A stretch of DNA of 64,000 bases from an uncultured Prevotellaceae bacterium (GCA_902776665.1 CACYQZ010000002.1:10329-74328); one strand, 5' to 3'; counted from the stretch's first letter, positions 1 through 8,457 are shown. Notes: generated by a model not told the origin, from the letters alone. Numbers and translations: made by a program.

Positions 1-310
1 CCGAATTTTTCGTCGAAGCCGTGAAAATCACCTTCGACACATCGGTGCCAACGGGCAGCGAATCGACGTTATAGACCAAACCCTTCTGCTGGTCGATGGT
101 GAAGGCATAGGCGGCGCCCAACACCGTCGATGAGTAGGTGCTGTCCTCGCCCGACGAACTCGTCGTGTGCAGGATGCGCTTCAGCGTTCCCAACTTGAAC
201 GAGGTCAGTGCCGTGTCGTGATAATAAACCTGTTCCTCGTCATCGTTGCTCTTCAGGCACGACGACAAGGCCAAAAGCAATAAGGCTGAAAGCCACAAAC
301 TCTTATTCAT
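1..310 (-). CDS. Lipoprotein, DUF6242-like (partial, runs off the window start)
   Basis: Manual translation from ATG at 310: MNKSLWLSALLLLALSSCLKSNDDEEQVYYHDTALTSFKLGTLK...YNVDSLPVGTD. Has lipobox LSSC; frame open to base 1. Not in the supplied ORF track. Confidence 0.75.
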   Translation of the reverse strand, partial: MNKSLWLSALLLLALSSCLKSNDDEEQVYYHDTALTSFKLGTLKRILHTTSSSGEDSTYSSTVLGAAYAFTIDQQKGLVYNVDSLPVGTDVSKVIFTASTKNS

Positions 311-391
311 CGAAAAGTCCTTTTTTTCAGTTTAACGTCAGCAAATGCCTTTCTTGGGTCGCTTTGACCCGGCAAATTGCGTTTCAGCCTG

Positions 392-399
392 CAAATTTA
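392..399 (-). promoter_or_regulatory. Bacteroidota -7 promoter element (TAAATTTG) for the lipoprotein gene
   Basis: Matches TAnnTTTG on the minus strand ~80 nt upstream of the ATG at 310. Confidence 0.55.
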
Positions 400-482
400 C
401 GCAGAAAAACGCAAAAACACATATTTTTTCGCGTTTTATTATGCAAAATATTCAATAATAAAGACTTTTTAATGCTTTGAAA

Positions 483-515
483 AGCAAAACTGGCATCCGT
501 CACGGACACCAGTTT
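483..515 (-). terminator. Intrinsic terminator of the candidate sRNA
   Basis: Minus strand AAACTGGTGTCCG-TGA-CGGATGCCAGTTT is a 13-bp stem with two G-U pairs, followed by TGCTTTT. Confidence 0.75.
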
Positions 516-623
516 CGACTTTTAGATTCCCAAAAGAGAATCTAAACAACATAATCTTTACCTTAAATCTATCAAACTACTAACCTAATGAAAACCTTTA
601 AAACGATGTATTCTCACGAACAC
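483..623 (-). ncRNA. Candidate ~140-nt small RNA (GibS-like architecture)
   Basis: Own TACCTTTG promoter (629-636), U/G-rich unstructured 5' part, hairpin at 521-542 and terminator hairpin at 487-515 followed by a U-rich tail. G-U pairs form only on the minus strand. No credible ORF. Confidence 0.6.
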
Positions 624-628
624 GGGTG

Positions 629-636
629 CAAAGGTA
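629..636 (-). promoter_or_regulatory. -7 promoter element (TACCTTTG) of the candidate sRNA
   Basis: Exact TAnnTTTG followed by CA; TTG-like -33 element 19 nt upstream. Confidence 0.65.
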
Positions 637-759
637 GAGGGTTTTTCGATTGTGACAATGAATCTTGTCGAAATTTTCTCGAAAAGACCGTTTTTATTGA
701 CGCAAATCAATGTTTGTCCTCATTTTTCATCAGGAAAATAGTTTTTTTTCATTTCTGCC

Positions 760-1275
760 CTACTCCAGAATCTTGATGGCGACGGACTTGAGTTGCTGCC
801 ATCCGGCGCGGTCGGTGACGCGAATCATGAAATGATAGTCGCCAGGCGTGGCGTCGGCAGGGATTTTCAGGTCGTTGCGAGCCACGAAGCGTTTCACTTG
901 GTAGGGAATTTCATACGTGAATGTCGCTTTCCACGGGGTTCCCTCGTCGTGGTGGTCGTCGCCATGATCATCGTCGTCGTCACATTCATGGTCGTGGTCG
1001 CCCTCGGTGCTGTGGCTGTGGTGGTCGAAATTGCTGTGGATTTCGAGGGCATAGCCGCCCAGTCCGCCATTGTCGGTAAACACGTAGTTGAAAGCGATAA
1101 CCTCGCCACGATGGTAGGTCTGGCAGTTGATGGGATTGGCGGTGATGCCTTCGTCGGTAATGACGGGCGGTGTCATGTCGCGGAGGTCATCGCCGTTGTT
1201 GTCGCAAGCCGTGAAGGCAATGACGGCTGCACTGATCAGAGCCAGTGTAAGGCTCAAAAATGTCATTTTTTTCAT
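760..1275 (-). CDS. DUF4625-like His/Asp-rich lipoprotein, probable metal-binding partner of the TBDR
   Basis: Lipobox FTAC; internal FDHHSHSTEGDHDHECDDDDDHGDDHHDEG; C-terminal PGDYHFMIRVTD Ig-like strand. Confidence 0.8.
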   Translation of the reverse strand: MKKMTFLSLTLALISAAVIAFTACDNNGDDLRDMTPPVITDEGITANPINCQTYHRGEVIAFNYVFTDNGGLGGYALEIHSNFDHHSHSTEGDHDHECDDDDDHGDDHHDEGTPWKATFTYEIPYQVKRFVARNDLKIPADATPGDYHFMIRVTDRAGWQQLKSVAIKILE

Positions 1276-1319
1276 ATCGTTTTAATTTTAAAATTTTACT
1301 TTTTTATTTTTTCATTTTT

Positions 1320-3410
1320 TCAAAATTCCATTCCAATCATCAGCGACACATTCCGCCCGGGTTCGGGCACGTCGATGAGTCGATAGTAACTGGTGTGGTC
1401 GTAGTAGCGACGATTCAGCAGGTTGTCGGCGTGAAGGGTAAGTTTCAACGTCTTGTTGCGCAACGAAAAGTCTTTTCCTGCCGAGAAATTCAGTGTCCAA
1501 TAGCCTGCCGTGGGCTTTTCGGGCGGCACAATTTCGTTTTGCGCGCCTACGACGTGCGCGTTCAACTTGAAAAATCCCTCACCGTGCCAGTCGTACGAAT
1601 ATTTCACGTCGGCATCGACCGACCAAGGCGTCGAAAATGGCAGTGTAAAGCCTTTTTTCTCGCCCGAGCGTTGTCGTGCATAGAGATATTCGCCCTTCAA
1701 CTCGGTTTCCCAATGACGATTCATCCGCCAACTGGCCTGCGCCTCGACGCCGTAGCGAAGCACTCGTGCCTGGGTGTAGTGGTAGAGTTGCAGTCCCTCG
1801 ACGAAGGTGGGCGTGGGGTTCAGGTAGATGTAGTTCGGGAAATAATTGAGATAGGGATCGACTTGGATGCAGAAGATTTCATTGTCCCAATGGATGCCGA
1901 CATCGACCTGATACGACTCCTCGGGATCGAGTTCGGCATTGCCTCGCTCGTAGCGGAAAATGTGGTAGTTCACACCATTGGCACCGAGTTCTTTCGGGAT
2001 GGGAACGCGGAAACTCTTTCCGACATTGGCCTTCACCACCCAGTAGCCCGTGGCGTAGTTGATGCCTGCCGACCACGTGATGCTGTTGAAATGGCGATGA
2101 AGCCGTGCCGAGCGCTGCAAATAGGCCGAATCGGTGTCGGAAATCGGCGTTTGATACCAATCGTGATAACTCTGAATCTTCGTCTGGGCGTGGTCGTAGC
2201 GCATTCCGGCGTTCAGTTTCAGATGTTCGCAGACGGTAAAACGGTCGAAAGCATAGGCTCCGAGGCTCAGCGTCTCGAAATCGGGAATAATAAAACCCCA
2301 TCCACTGCGCCGGTTGTGCTGATATTCGGCACTCGCACCGACGTTCAGTTCGTGACGCTCGCCGAGTTGCTGGCTCAAACTAAGAATCGCCGTCCACGTG
2401 CTTTTGTCGAATCGTCGTTCTAAAGTGCCGTCGGGCGTAGGCATATAGCCGTGGCTGATGGGTTCGGAATGTTCTTCGCGCAGGTTGCGCTGGTAAGCCA
2501 GATTCGCCTTCGCGGTGGTCTTTTCGGTGTGCCAAACGGTATGACTCGTAACTTTCAGATGGTTCACCCACTGATACGGCAGGTCGATGTCGCGCCGCGA
2601 ACGGTCGTAGTCGATGTCGGAAAGTCGCACCTCCAAACCATGGGCATTGGCGAAAAATCCGCTCTTCGAATAACTGTCGGAAATGCGCACATCGGTGTGG
2701 AAATGGTAGCCGGCATAGCCGAACATCACGCTACCGTCGCGCTCCAGACCGGCAGTGTTGCGCAGTCGCTGGTCTTTCAGACGGATGTAGTACGAATAAT
2801 ATTGTATGCTGTCCGTCGGCACGCGATAGTCGGCATAGTCGATGAAAGTGGCGTTGGCACGGTAGAAAAAGCGACCGTGGCGACCGCCGACCTTCGCCGA
2901 AAGGCCGATTTGCTCGTTGTTCGTGCGACCAAACAGTTGCACGGCACTGCTGAACGGCTCCGTCGGCACGTGGTTGGTGTAAAGATTGAGCACGCCGCCG
3001 ATGGCATCGCTACCGTAAAGCAACGCCGCCGGACCTTTGATGACCTCGGCGCGATCGACGGCAAACTGGTCGATTTCCAGTCCGTGGTCGTCGCCCCACT
3101 GCTGTCCCTCGTGCTTGATACCGTCTTCACTGACAGCCATTCGGTTAAAACCGAGTCCGCGAATCGTGGGCTTCGACTGCCCCGACCCGATGCTCATAGC
3201 CTTCACACCCGGAATGCTTTCGAGCGTCTGCATCAGACTGCCGGCGAAATGTTGTTGAAGGTAGTCGTGGCTAACCTGTACTGACGACTGCGATGAACGC
3301 ATCTGATAGTCGCGTTGCCGCTGTCCCTTCACCGTCACGTTTTGAAGCGTTACGGTGGTGTCGGGCGGACTCACGACCGTCAGCATAGCAGCCAAAAATA
3401 AATTGATCAT
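1320..3410 (-). CDS. TonB-dependent outer-membrane receptor, probably for a metal
   Basis: 696 aa; TonB-box-like LQNVTV; plug motifs PGV..IRGLGFNR and EVIKGPAALLYGSDAIGGVLN; C-terminal PGRNVSLMIGMEF ending in Phe. Confidence 0.92.
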   Translation of the reverse strand: MINLFLAAMLTVVSPPDTTVTLQNVTVKGQRQRDYQMRSSQSSVQVSHDYLQQHFAGSLMQTLESIPGVKAMSIGSGQSKPTIRGLGFNRMAVSEDGIKHEGQQWGDDHGLEIDQFAVDRAEVIKGPAALLYGSDAIGGVLNLYTNHVPTEPFSSAVQLFGRTNNEQIGLSAKVGGRHGRFFYRANATFIDYADYRVPTDSIQYYSYYIRLKDQRLRNTAGLERDGSVMFGYAGYHFHTDVRISDSYSKSGFFANAHGLEVRLSDIDYDRSRRDIDLPYQWVNHLKVTSHTVWHTEKTTAKANLAYQRNLREEHSEPISHGYMPTPDGTLERRFDKSTWTAILSLSQQLGERHELNVGASAEYQHNRRSGWGFIIPDFETLSLGAYAFDRFTVCEHLKLNAGMRYDHAQTKIQSYHDWYQTPISDTDSAYLQRSARLHRHFNSITWSAGINYATGYWVVKANVGKSFRVPIPKELGANGVNYHIFRYERGNAELDPEESYQVDVGIHWDNEIFCIQVDPYLNYFPNYIYLNPTPTFVEGLQLYHYTQARVLRYGVEAQASWRMNRHWETELKGEYLYARQRSGEKKGFTLPFSTPWSVDADVKYSYDWHGEGFFKLNAHVVGAQNEIVPPEKPTAGYWTLNFSAGKDFSLRNKTLKLTLHADNLLNRRYYDHTSYYRLIDVPEPGRNVSLMIGMEF

Positions 3411-3458
3411 ACTGAATGTCTATTTGAAAAAACAATAATGAGGTGGAAAATTGATTTT

Positions 3459-3797
3459 TCAAACGACGGGAGGGGCTCTCGGCACGAGAACGCCGCAAAT
3501 TCGGTGGGTTCGATGGTTGATTTGGATGCTGAAAAGCGGTGAAACTCTTCGAAAACAATGGACGATTGCCACAACGGCAGCCAACAGAATCGGCAGCGAG
3601 AGAAATTCGCAGAGCAGACACGGGTGCATCGGCAAGGTCTGTTGTCCGAAATGTCCGCCACAATGGTGATCGACACAGGCTTCGCAACTGTTTTGCGTGC
3701 CCGTCGGAGTTTCATGAACATGGAGCGACGACAAAAGCAGCATTGGCAGAAACACTGCCAACAGCACCCAAGAGGCTATGCGTCTTTTCGTTTCCAT
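3459..3797 (-). CDS. Cys/His-rich membrane leader protein with C-terminal RAPP motif (DUF2946/CruR-like putative arrest peptide)
   Basis: 112 aa: N-terminal hydrophobic helix, HVH, CEACVDHHCGGH, HPCLLC, second hydrophobic stretch, ends PRAPPVV. Stop is 48 nt upstream of the TBDR ATG. Confidence 0.75.
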   Translation of the reverse strand: METKRRIASWVLLAVFLPMLLLSSLHVHETPTGTQNSCEACVDHHCGGHFGQQTLPMHPCLLCEFLSLPILLAAVVAIVHCFRRVSPLFSIQINHRTHRICGVLVPRAPPVV

Positions 3798-3820
3798 GTT
3801 CTTTTTAAATTTTTTCGGCG

Positions 3821-3828
3821 CAAAATTA
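3821..3828 (-). promoter_or_regulatory. -7 element (TAATTTTG) for the leader-TBDR-lipoprotein operon
   Basis: TAnnTTTG 24 nt upstream of the leader ATG; divergent from the mnmG promoter. Confidence 0.6.
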
Positions 3829-3891
3829 CAGATATTTGCGTGAAGTTCAAAATAAAATGCAAATATTATTACGTTTTTTATTCTTTTTTAG

Positions 3892-3899
3892 TACCTTTG
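3892..3899 (+). promoter_or_regulatory. -7 element (TACCTTTG) for mnmG
   Basis: Exact TAnnTTTG upstream of the ATG at 3931. Confidence 0.65.
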
Positions 3900-3930
3900 C
3901 AAACGTAAAAACGATTTTGACGGGAACACG

Positions 3931-5889
3931 ATGCTATTCAACTACGACGTCATCATCATCGGAGGCGGTCACGCGGGATGCGAGGCGGCCACCGCTGCGG
4001 CACGCATGGGCGCGAAAACTTGTCTGATTACGATGGACATGAACAAAATTGCGCAAATGTCGTGCAATCCGGCTGTGGGTGGAATCGCTAAAGGCCAGAT
4101 TGTCAGGGAGTTAGATGCACTCGGCGGCGAAATGGGTCGCGTCACCGATGCCACGACTATCCAGTTTCGGATGCTGAATCGGGGCAAGGGGCCGGCAGTG
4201 TGGAGTCCACGAGCGCAGTGCGACCGCGAAAAATTCATCGGAAAATGGCGTGAAACGCTCGATGGAATCGATGGTTTGGACATTTGGCAAGACCAAGTTG
4301 AAGAATTGCTCGTGGAACCTTTTGGTCACGAGAATGGCGACGGTTGTCGCGGCACAGCAGTGGGTGTTCGGACGGTTTGGGGCGTGGAATTTCGCGCGAA
4401 AAGCATTGTTGTCACCGCTGGAACCTTCCTCAACGGCCTGCTACACGTGGGTCGGCGGATGGTGCCAGGCGGTCGGATGGCCGAGCCTGCCGTCACGCGC
4501 TTCACCGAGAGCATCACGCGCTGGGGCATCCGCTCCGACCGAATGAAAACGGGTACGCCCGTGCGCATCGACCGCCGTAGCGTCGATTTCAGCCTACTCG
4601 AAGAACAACCCGGCGAGAATGATTTCCACCAGTTTTCCTATATGAAAAAAAACGCGGTGGAATCGGCAGGAATCGACACTCGCACACTGCCGCAGTTGTC
4701 GTGTTGGCTGTTGAACACCAATGCCCACGTCCACGAAATTCTGCGCACGGGACTCGACGATTCACCTTTATATAATGGGCAGATTCAGAGCATCGGACCG
4801 CGCTATTGTCCGTCGATTGAAACGAAACTCGTCACCTTCCCCGACCGCGACCAGCATCCGCTCTTCCTCGAACCCGAGGGAATTGACACGAATGAGATGT
4901 ATCTAAACGGTTTTTCATCGAGTATGCCGATTGACATTCAACTCGAAGCGTTGCGACAGATTCCGGCACTTCGCGATGTGAAAATCTATCGTCCGGGCTA
5001 TGCCATCGAATACGATTTTTTCGACCCGACACAGCTCTATCACTCGATGGAATCGAAGGTTTTGAGCGGACTTTTTTTTGCTGGACAAGTCAATGGAACG
5101 ACAGGCTACGAAGAGGCCGCCGGACAGGGTTTGATGGCAGGTGTGAACGCCGCCTTGCACAGCCAATCCACCACCCACACTCCACACTCCACACTCCACA
5201 CTTCACAATTCACCCTCGCTCGCGACGAAGCCTACATCGGCGTTCTCATCGACGATTTGGTGACGAAGGGCGTTGATGAACCCTACCGAATGTTCACCTC
5301 GCGTGCCGAATATCGAATTCTTTTGCGTCAAGACGATGCCGACGCCCGATTGACTGAGCGTTCCTACGAACTCGGACTGGCGTTGCGTGAACGATACGAT
5401 TGGTGGTTGGAAAAGAAAGAAAACATCGAAAAAATCGTGCATTTTTGCGAAAATACACCCGTAAAACCTCGCGACATCAACAGTGCGCTAGAAAATCTTG
5501 GCACTACCCCACTCCAATTTGGCTGCAAAATCGCCGATCTCATCGCGCGTCCACAACTATCTATCGCGAAACTCGCTGAGGTGATTCCCGAACTGAAAAC
5601 CGCGATACTTTCGCCGAAAAATCGACGCGAAGAAATCGCCGAAGCTGCTGAAATCAAAATCAAATACAAAGGTTATATCGAGCGCGAAAAACTCGTGGCA
5701 GAAAAGATGCACCGATTGGAAAACATCCGCATCAAAGACCGATTTAAGTATGCCGAACTCCACGAAATTTCCACCGAGGCACGACAAAAACTCGAACGAA
5801 TCAACCCTGAGACGCTGGCACAAGCGAGTCGCATTCCAGGCGTGTCGCCGTCGGACATCAACGTGCTACTGGTGCTTCTGGGACGTTAG
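3931..5889 (+). CDS. mnmG: tRNA uridine-5-carboxymethylaminomethyl modification enzyme MnmG/GidA
   Basis: VIIIGGGHAGCEAA FAD motif; MSCNPAVGGIAKG; GPRYCPSIE; FAGQVNGTTGYEEAAGQG. Confidence 0.98.
   Translation: MLFNYDVIIIGGGHAGCEAATAAARMGAKTCLITMDMNKIAQMSCNPAVGGIAKGQIVRELDALGGEMGRVTDATTIQFRMLNRGKGPAVWSPRAQCDREKFIGKWRETLDGIDGLDIWQDQVEELLVEPFGHENGDGCRGTAVGVRTVWGVEFRAKSIVVTAGTFLNGLLHVGRRMVPGGRMAEPAVTRFTESITRWGIRSDRMKTGTPVRIDRRSVDFSLLEEQPGENDFHQFSYMKKNAVESAGIDTRTLPQLSCWLLNTNAHVHEILRTGLDDSPLYNGQIQSIGPRYCPSIETKLVTFPDRDQHPLFLEPEGIDTNEMYLNGFSSSMPIDIQLEALRQIPALRDVKIYRPGYAIEYDFFDPTQLYHSMESKVLSGLFFAGQVNGTTGYEEAAGQGLMAGVNAALHSQSTTHTPHSTLHTSQFTLARDEAYIGVLIDDLVTKGVDEPYRMFTSRAEYRILLRQDDADARLTERSYELGLALRERYDWWLEKKENIEKIVHFCENTPVKPRDINSALENLGTTPLQFGCKIADLIARPQLSIAKLAEVIPELKTAILSPKNRREEIAEAAEIKIKYKGYIEREKLVAEKMHRLENIRIKDRFKYAELHEISTEARQKLERINPETLAQASRIPGVSPSDINVLLVLLGR
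5164..5212 (+). repeat. Heptamer tandem repeat (CACTCCA-type x7) inside mnmG
   Basis: caatcca ccaccca cactcca cactcca cactcca cacttca caattca; encodes QSTTHTPHSTLHTSQF. Confidence 0.9.
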
Positions 5890-5904
5890 GTTTCACGTGA
5901 AACT
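5889..5904. other. parS centromere-like site
   Basis: gGTTTCACGTGAAACt; 14/16 match to the TGTTTCACGTGAAACA consensus with an intact palindromic core. Confidence 0.8.
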
Positions 5905-5910
5905 ATTTGG

Positions 5911-5945
5911 TGGGGAGTAAGGAGTTGGGGAGTAAAGGAGTAAAA
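5911..5945 (+). repeat. Purine-rich GGAGTAA-type short tandem repeat between mnmG and apt
   Basis: tggggagtaa ggagttgggg agtaaaggag taaaa. Confidence 0.7.
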
Positions 5946-5977
5946 GAAAAAATAGTAAAATATAAATTGAAAAAAGT

Positions 5978-6505
5978 ATGAACAACCAAATTTTGATTGA
6001 CAACCTGCGTTGCATTCCTGATTTCCCGAAAAAAGGAATCAATTTCCGCGACGTGACTACGCTTTACAAAAACGCTGAGTGTGTGAAGATTATGCTCGAC
6101 GAACTGTATGAAATCTACAAAGACAAGGGCATCACGAAAATTGTCGGTATCGAAAGCCGCGGTTTTGTGATGGGCTCTGCCCTCGCCGCGCGCTTGGGTT
6201 GTGGCATCGTTCTGGCTCGTAAACCCGGAAAATTGCCCGGAACGGTCATCAAGGAACAATTTTCGAAGGAATACGGCGTTGATACTGTCGAAATGCACAT
6301 CGATTCGATTACACCCGACGATGTCGTGCTGATTCACGACGACTTGTTAGCGACCGGCGGAACGGCCAAAGCCACGTGGAAGTTGGTGAACCATTTCCAC
6401 CCGAAAAAAATCTATATGAATTTCATCATCGAAATTCACGACGAAGGACTTCACGGACGCGACCTGTTCGAAGGCATCGACCTCACGACGTTGATGGTTG
6501 TCTAA
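5978..6505 (+). CDS. apt: Adenine phosphoribosyltransferase
   Basis: IPDFPKKGINFRDVT, GIESRGF, ARKPGKLP, EYG, and PRPP loop HDDLLATGGT. Confidence 0.96.
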   Translation: MNNQILIDNLRCIPDFPKKGINFRDVTTLYKNAECVKIMLDELYEIYKDKGITKIVGIESRGFVMGSALAARLGCGIVLARKPGKLPGTVIKEQFSKEYGVDTVEMHIDSITPDDVVLIHDDLLATGGTAKATWKLVNHFHPKKIYMNFIIEIHDEGLHGRDLFEGIDLTTLMVV

Positions 6506-6537
6506 ACTTTTATTGCCTCGCGAAATCAAAACAAAAA

Positions 6538-6553
6538 CGTTTCACGTGAAACG
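6538..6553. other. parS centromere-like site
   Basis: Perfect 16-bp palindrome CGTTTCACGTGAAACG in the apt-uvrC intergenic region. Confidence 0.85.
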
Positions 6554-6592
6554 CAATTTTTGAGAACCTGCTAATATAGGGGCTTTGCAGCG

Positions 6593-8422
6593 ATGACGAA
6601 AGAAGAAAACGAGAAGCGATTGGCACATCTGAGAACGATTGTGCGACGGTTGCCAGAGAAACCAGGCAGCTATCAATTCTATGACCGCGAACAGACGATT
6701 ATCTATGTCGGCAAGGCCAAGAATCTGAAAAATCGCGTCTCCTCGTATTTCCACAAAGAGGTCGATCGCTTTAAGACAAAAGTGCTCGTCAGCAAAATTT
6801 GGGATATTTCCTATACGGTTGTCAATTCGGAGGAAGATGCGTTGCTGCTGGAAAATGCGCTCATCAAAAAATACAATCCGCGTTACAACGTCCTGCTGAA
6901 AGACGGGAAAACCTATCCAAGCATTTGCGTGACGAAAGAATACCTTCCGCGTATTTTCAAGACGCGCACCATTAATAAAAAGGTTGGAACGTATTTCGGG
7001 CCTTATTCGCACATAGGGAGTATGTATGCGATTCTAGAACTCATCAAAAAACTCTATAAACCGCGAACTTGTCGGCTTCCGATGACAAAAGAGGGCATTG
7101 AACAAGGAAAATACAAACCTTGTCTGGAATTTCACATTCATAATTGCGATGCACCGTGTATCGGGAAGCAAAATCACGATGAATACGTGGAAAATATCGC
7201 TCAGGCGAAAGAAATTCTGAAAGGCAACACGCGCGATTTGAGCAAGAAAATCTACGAGGAAATGATGAGAAAGGCCGAAAAATTGCGCTTTGAAGAGGCG
7301 GAAGAATTGAAGAAAAAGTACGTTCTCATCGAGAATTTCTGCGCAAAAAGCGAGATTGTCAGCTACACGATTCAAGATGTCGATGTTTTTACGATTACCG
7401 ATGACGACGCGAATAAAAACGCCTTCATCAACTATATTCACGTCAAAAACGGCACAATTAACCAGAGTTTTACCTACGAATACAAGCGAAAACTCGATGA
7501 AACCGACGAAGAATTGCTTTTGACGGCGATTCCAGAGATTCGAGAGCGATTCAAATCGACAGCGAAAGAGGTAATTGTTCCGTTTGAACTGTCGTGGAAA
7601 TTGCCCGATGCGGAATGGTTTACGCCGCAGCGAGGCGACAAAAAGCACCTGCTCGATTTGTCGGAAATGAACGGGAAACAATACAAGTTCGACCGATTGA
7701 AACAGGCGGAAAAACTGAATCCTGAACAAAAACAGACGCGGTTGATGAAGGAATTGCAGGCGAAACTCAAACTGCCGAAACTGCCCTACCAAATTGAATG
7801 TTTCGACAATTCCAACATTTCTGGCACCGATGCGGTGGCTGGATGTGTGGTGTTCAAGGCGATGAAACCGTCGAAAAAGGACTATCGAAAATACAACATC
7901 AAGACGGTGACAGGTCCCGACGACTACGCGTCGATGCAGGAAGTGGTGCGCAGACGCTACAGCCGTATGATGGACGAGGGCGCTACCCTACCCGACCTCA
8001 TCATCACCGACGGTGGAATCGGGCAAATGTCGGTCGTGCGCGAGGTTGTCGAGGGTGAACTTGGCCTGCAAATTCCCATCGCTGGACTCGCCAAGGACAA
8101 GCGCCACCGTACCAACGAATTACTTTTCGGAAATCCGCCGCAAGTCATTGGTTTAGAGACAAATAGCGAACTTTTCCATTTCCTCGCCCGCATTCAGGAC
8201 GAGGTTCACCGTTTCGCCATCACCTTTCATCGAGACAAACGCTCTAAACATTTGCTACACAGTGAGTTAGACGACATTCCGGGCGTTGGACCAAAGACTC
8301 GCGATCTACTTTTGAAACATTTTAAGAGCGTCAAGAAGATTAAAAGTGCTGAAATTCAAGAACTTACGGCGGTTGTCGGAACAAAAAAATCAACGCTCAT
8401 CTACGAGCATTTTCATCAATAA
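6593..8422 (+). CDS. uvrC: Excinuclease ABC subunit C
   Basis: GIY-YIG IIYVGKAKNLKNRVSSYF; ECFDNSN; PDLIITDGG; C-terminal HhH IPGVGPKT. Confidence 0.97.
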   Translation: MTKEENEKRLAHLRTIVRRLPEKPGSYQFYDREQTIIYVGKAKNLKNRVSSYFHKEVDRFKTKVLVSKIWDISYTVVNSEEDALLLENALIKKYNPRYNVLLKDGKTYPSICVTKEYLPRIFKTRTINKKVGTYFGPYSHIGSMYAILELIKKLYKPRTCRLPMTKEGIEQGKYKPCLEFHIHNCDAPCIGKQNHDEYVENIAQAKEILKGNTRDLSKKIYEEMMRKAEKLRFEEAEELKKKYVLIENFCAKSEIVSYTIQDVDVFTITDDDANKNAFINYIHVKNGTINQSFTYEYKRKLDETDEELLLTAIPEIRERFKSTAKEVIVPFELSWKLPDAEWFTPQRGDKKHLLDLSEMNGKQYKFDRLKQAEKLNPEQKQTRLMKELQAKLKLPKLPYQIECFDNSNISGTDAVAGCVVFKAMKPSKKDYRKYNIKTVTGPDDYASMQEVVRRRYSRMMDEGATLPDLIITDGGIGQMSVVREVVEGELGLQIPIAGLAKDKRHRTNELLFGNPPQVIGLETNSELFHFLARIQDEVHRFAITFHRDKRSKHLLHSELDDIPGVGPKTRDLLLKHFKSVKKIKSAEIQELTAVVGTKKSTLIYEHFHQ

Positions 8423-8457
8423 AAGGCGGAGAATTTTGTCATTACAGTTTTTTCCCG

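Noticed and set aside
588-776. 62-aa plus-strand ORF MKTFKTMY
   Set aside because: It overlaps the sRNA promoter and the lipoprotein stop on the other strand. Its start context is the antisense of the candidate sRNA, and it has no protein features.
3411-3930. Cobalamin or other riboswitch controlling the TBDR
   Set aside because: The promoter is only 24 nt from the leader ATG and the leader-TBDR gap is 48 nt. There is no room and no B12-box motif.
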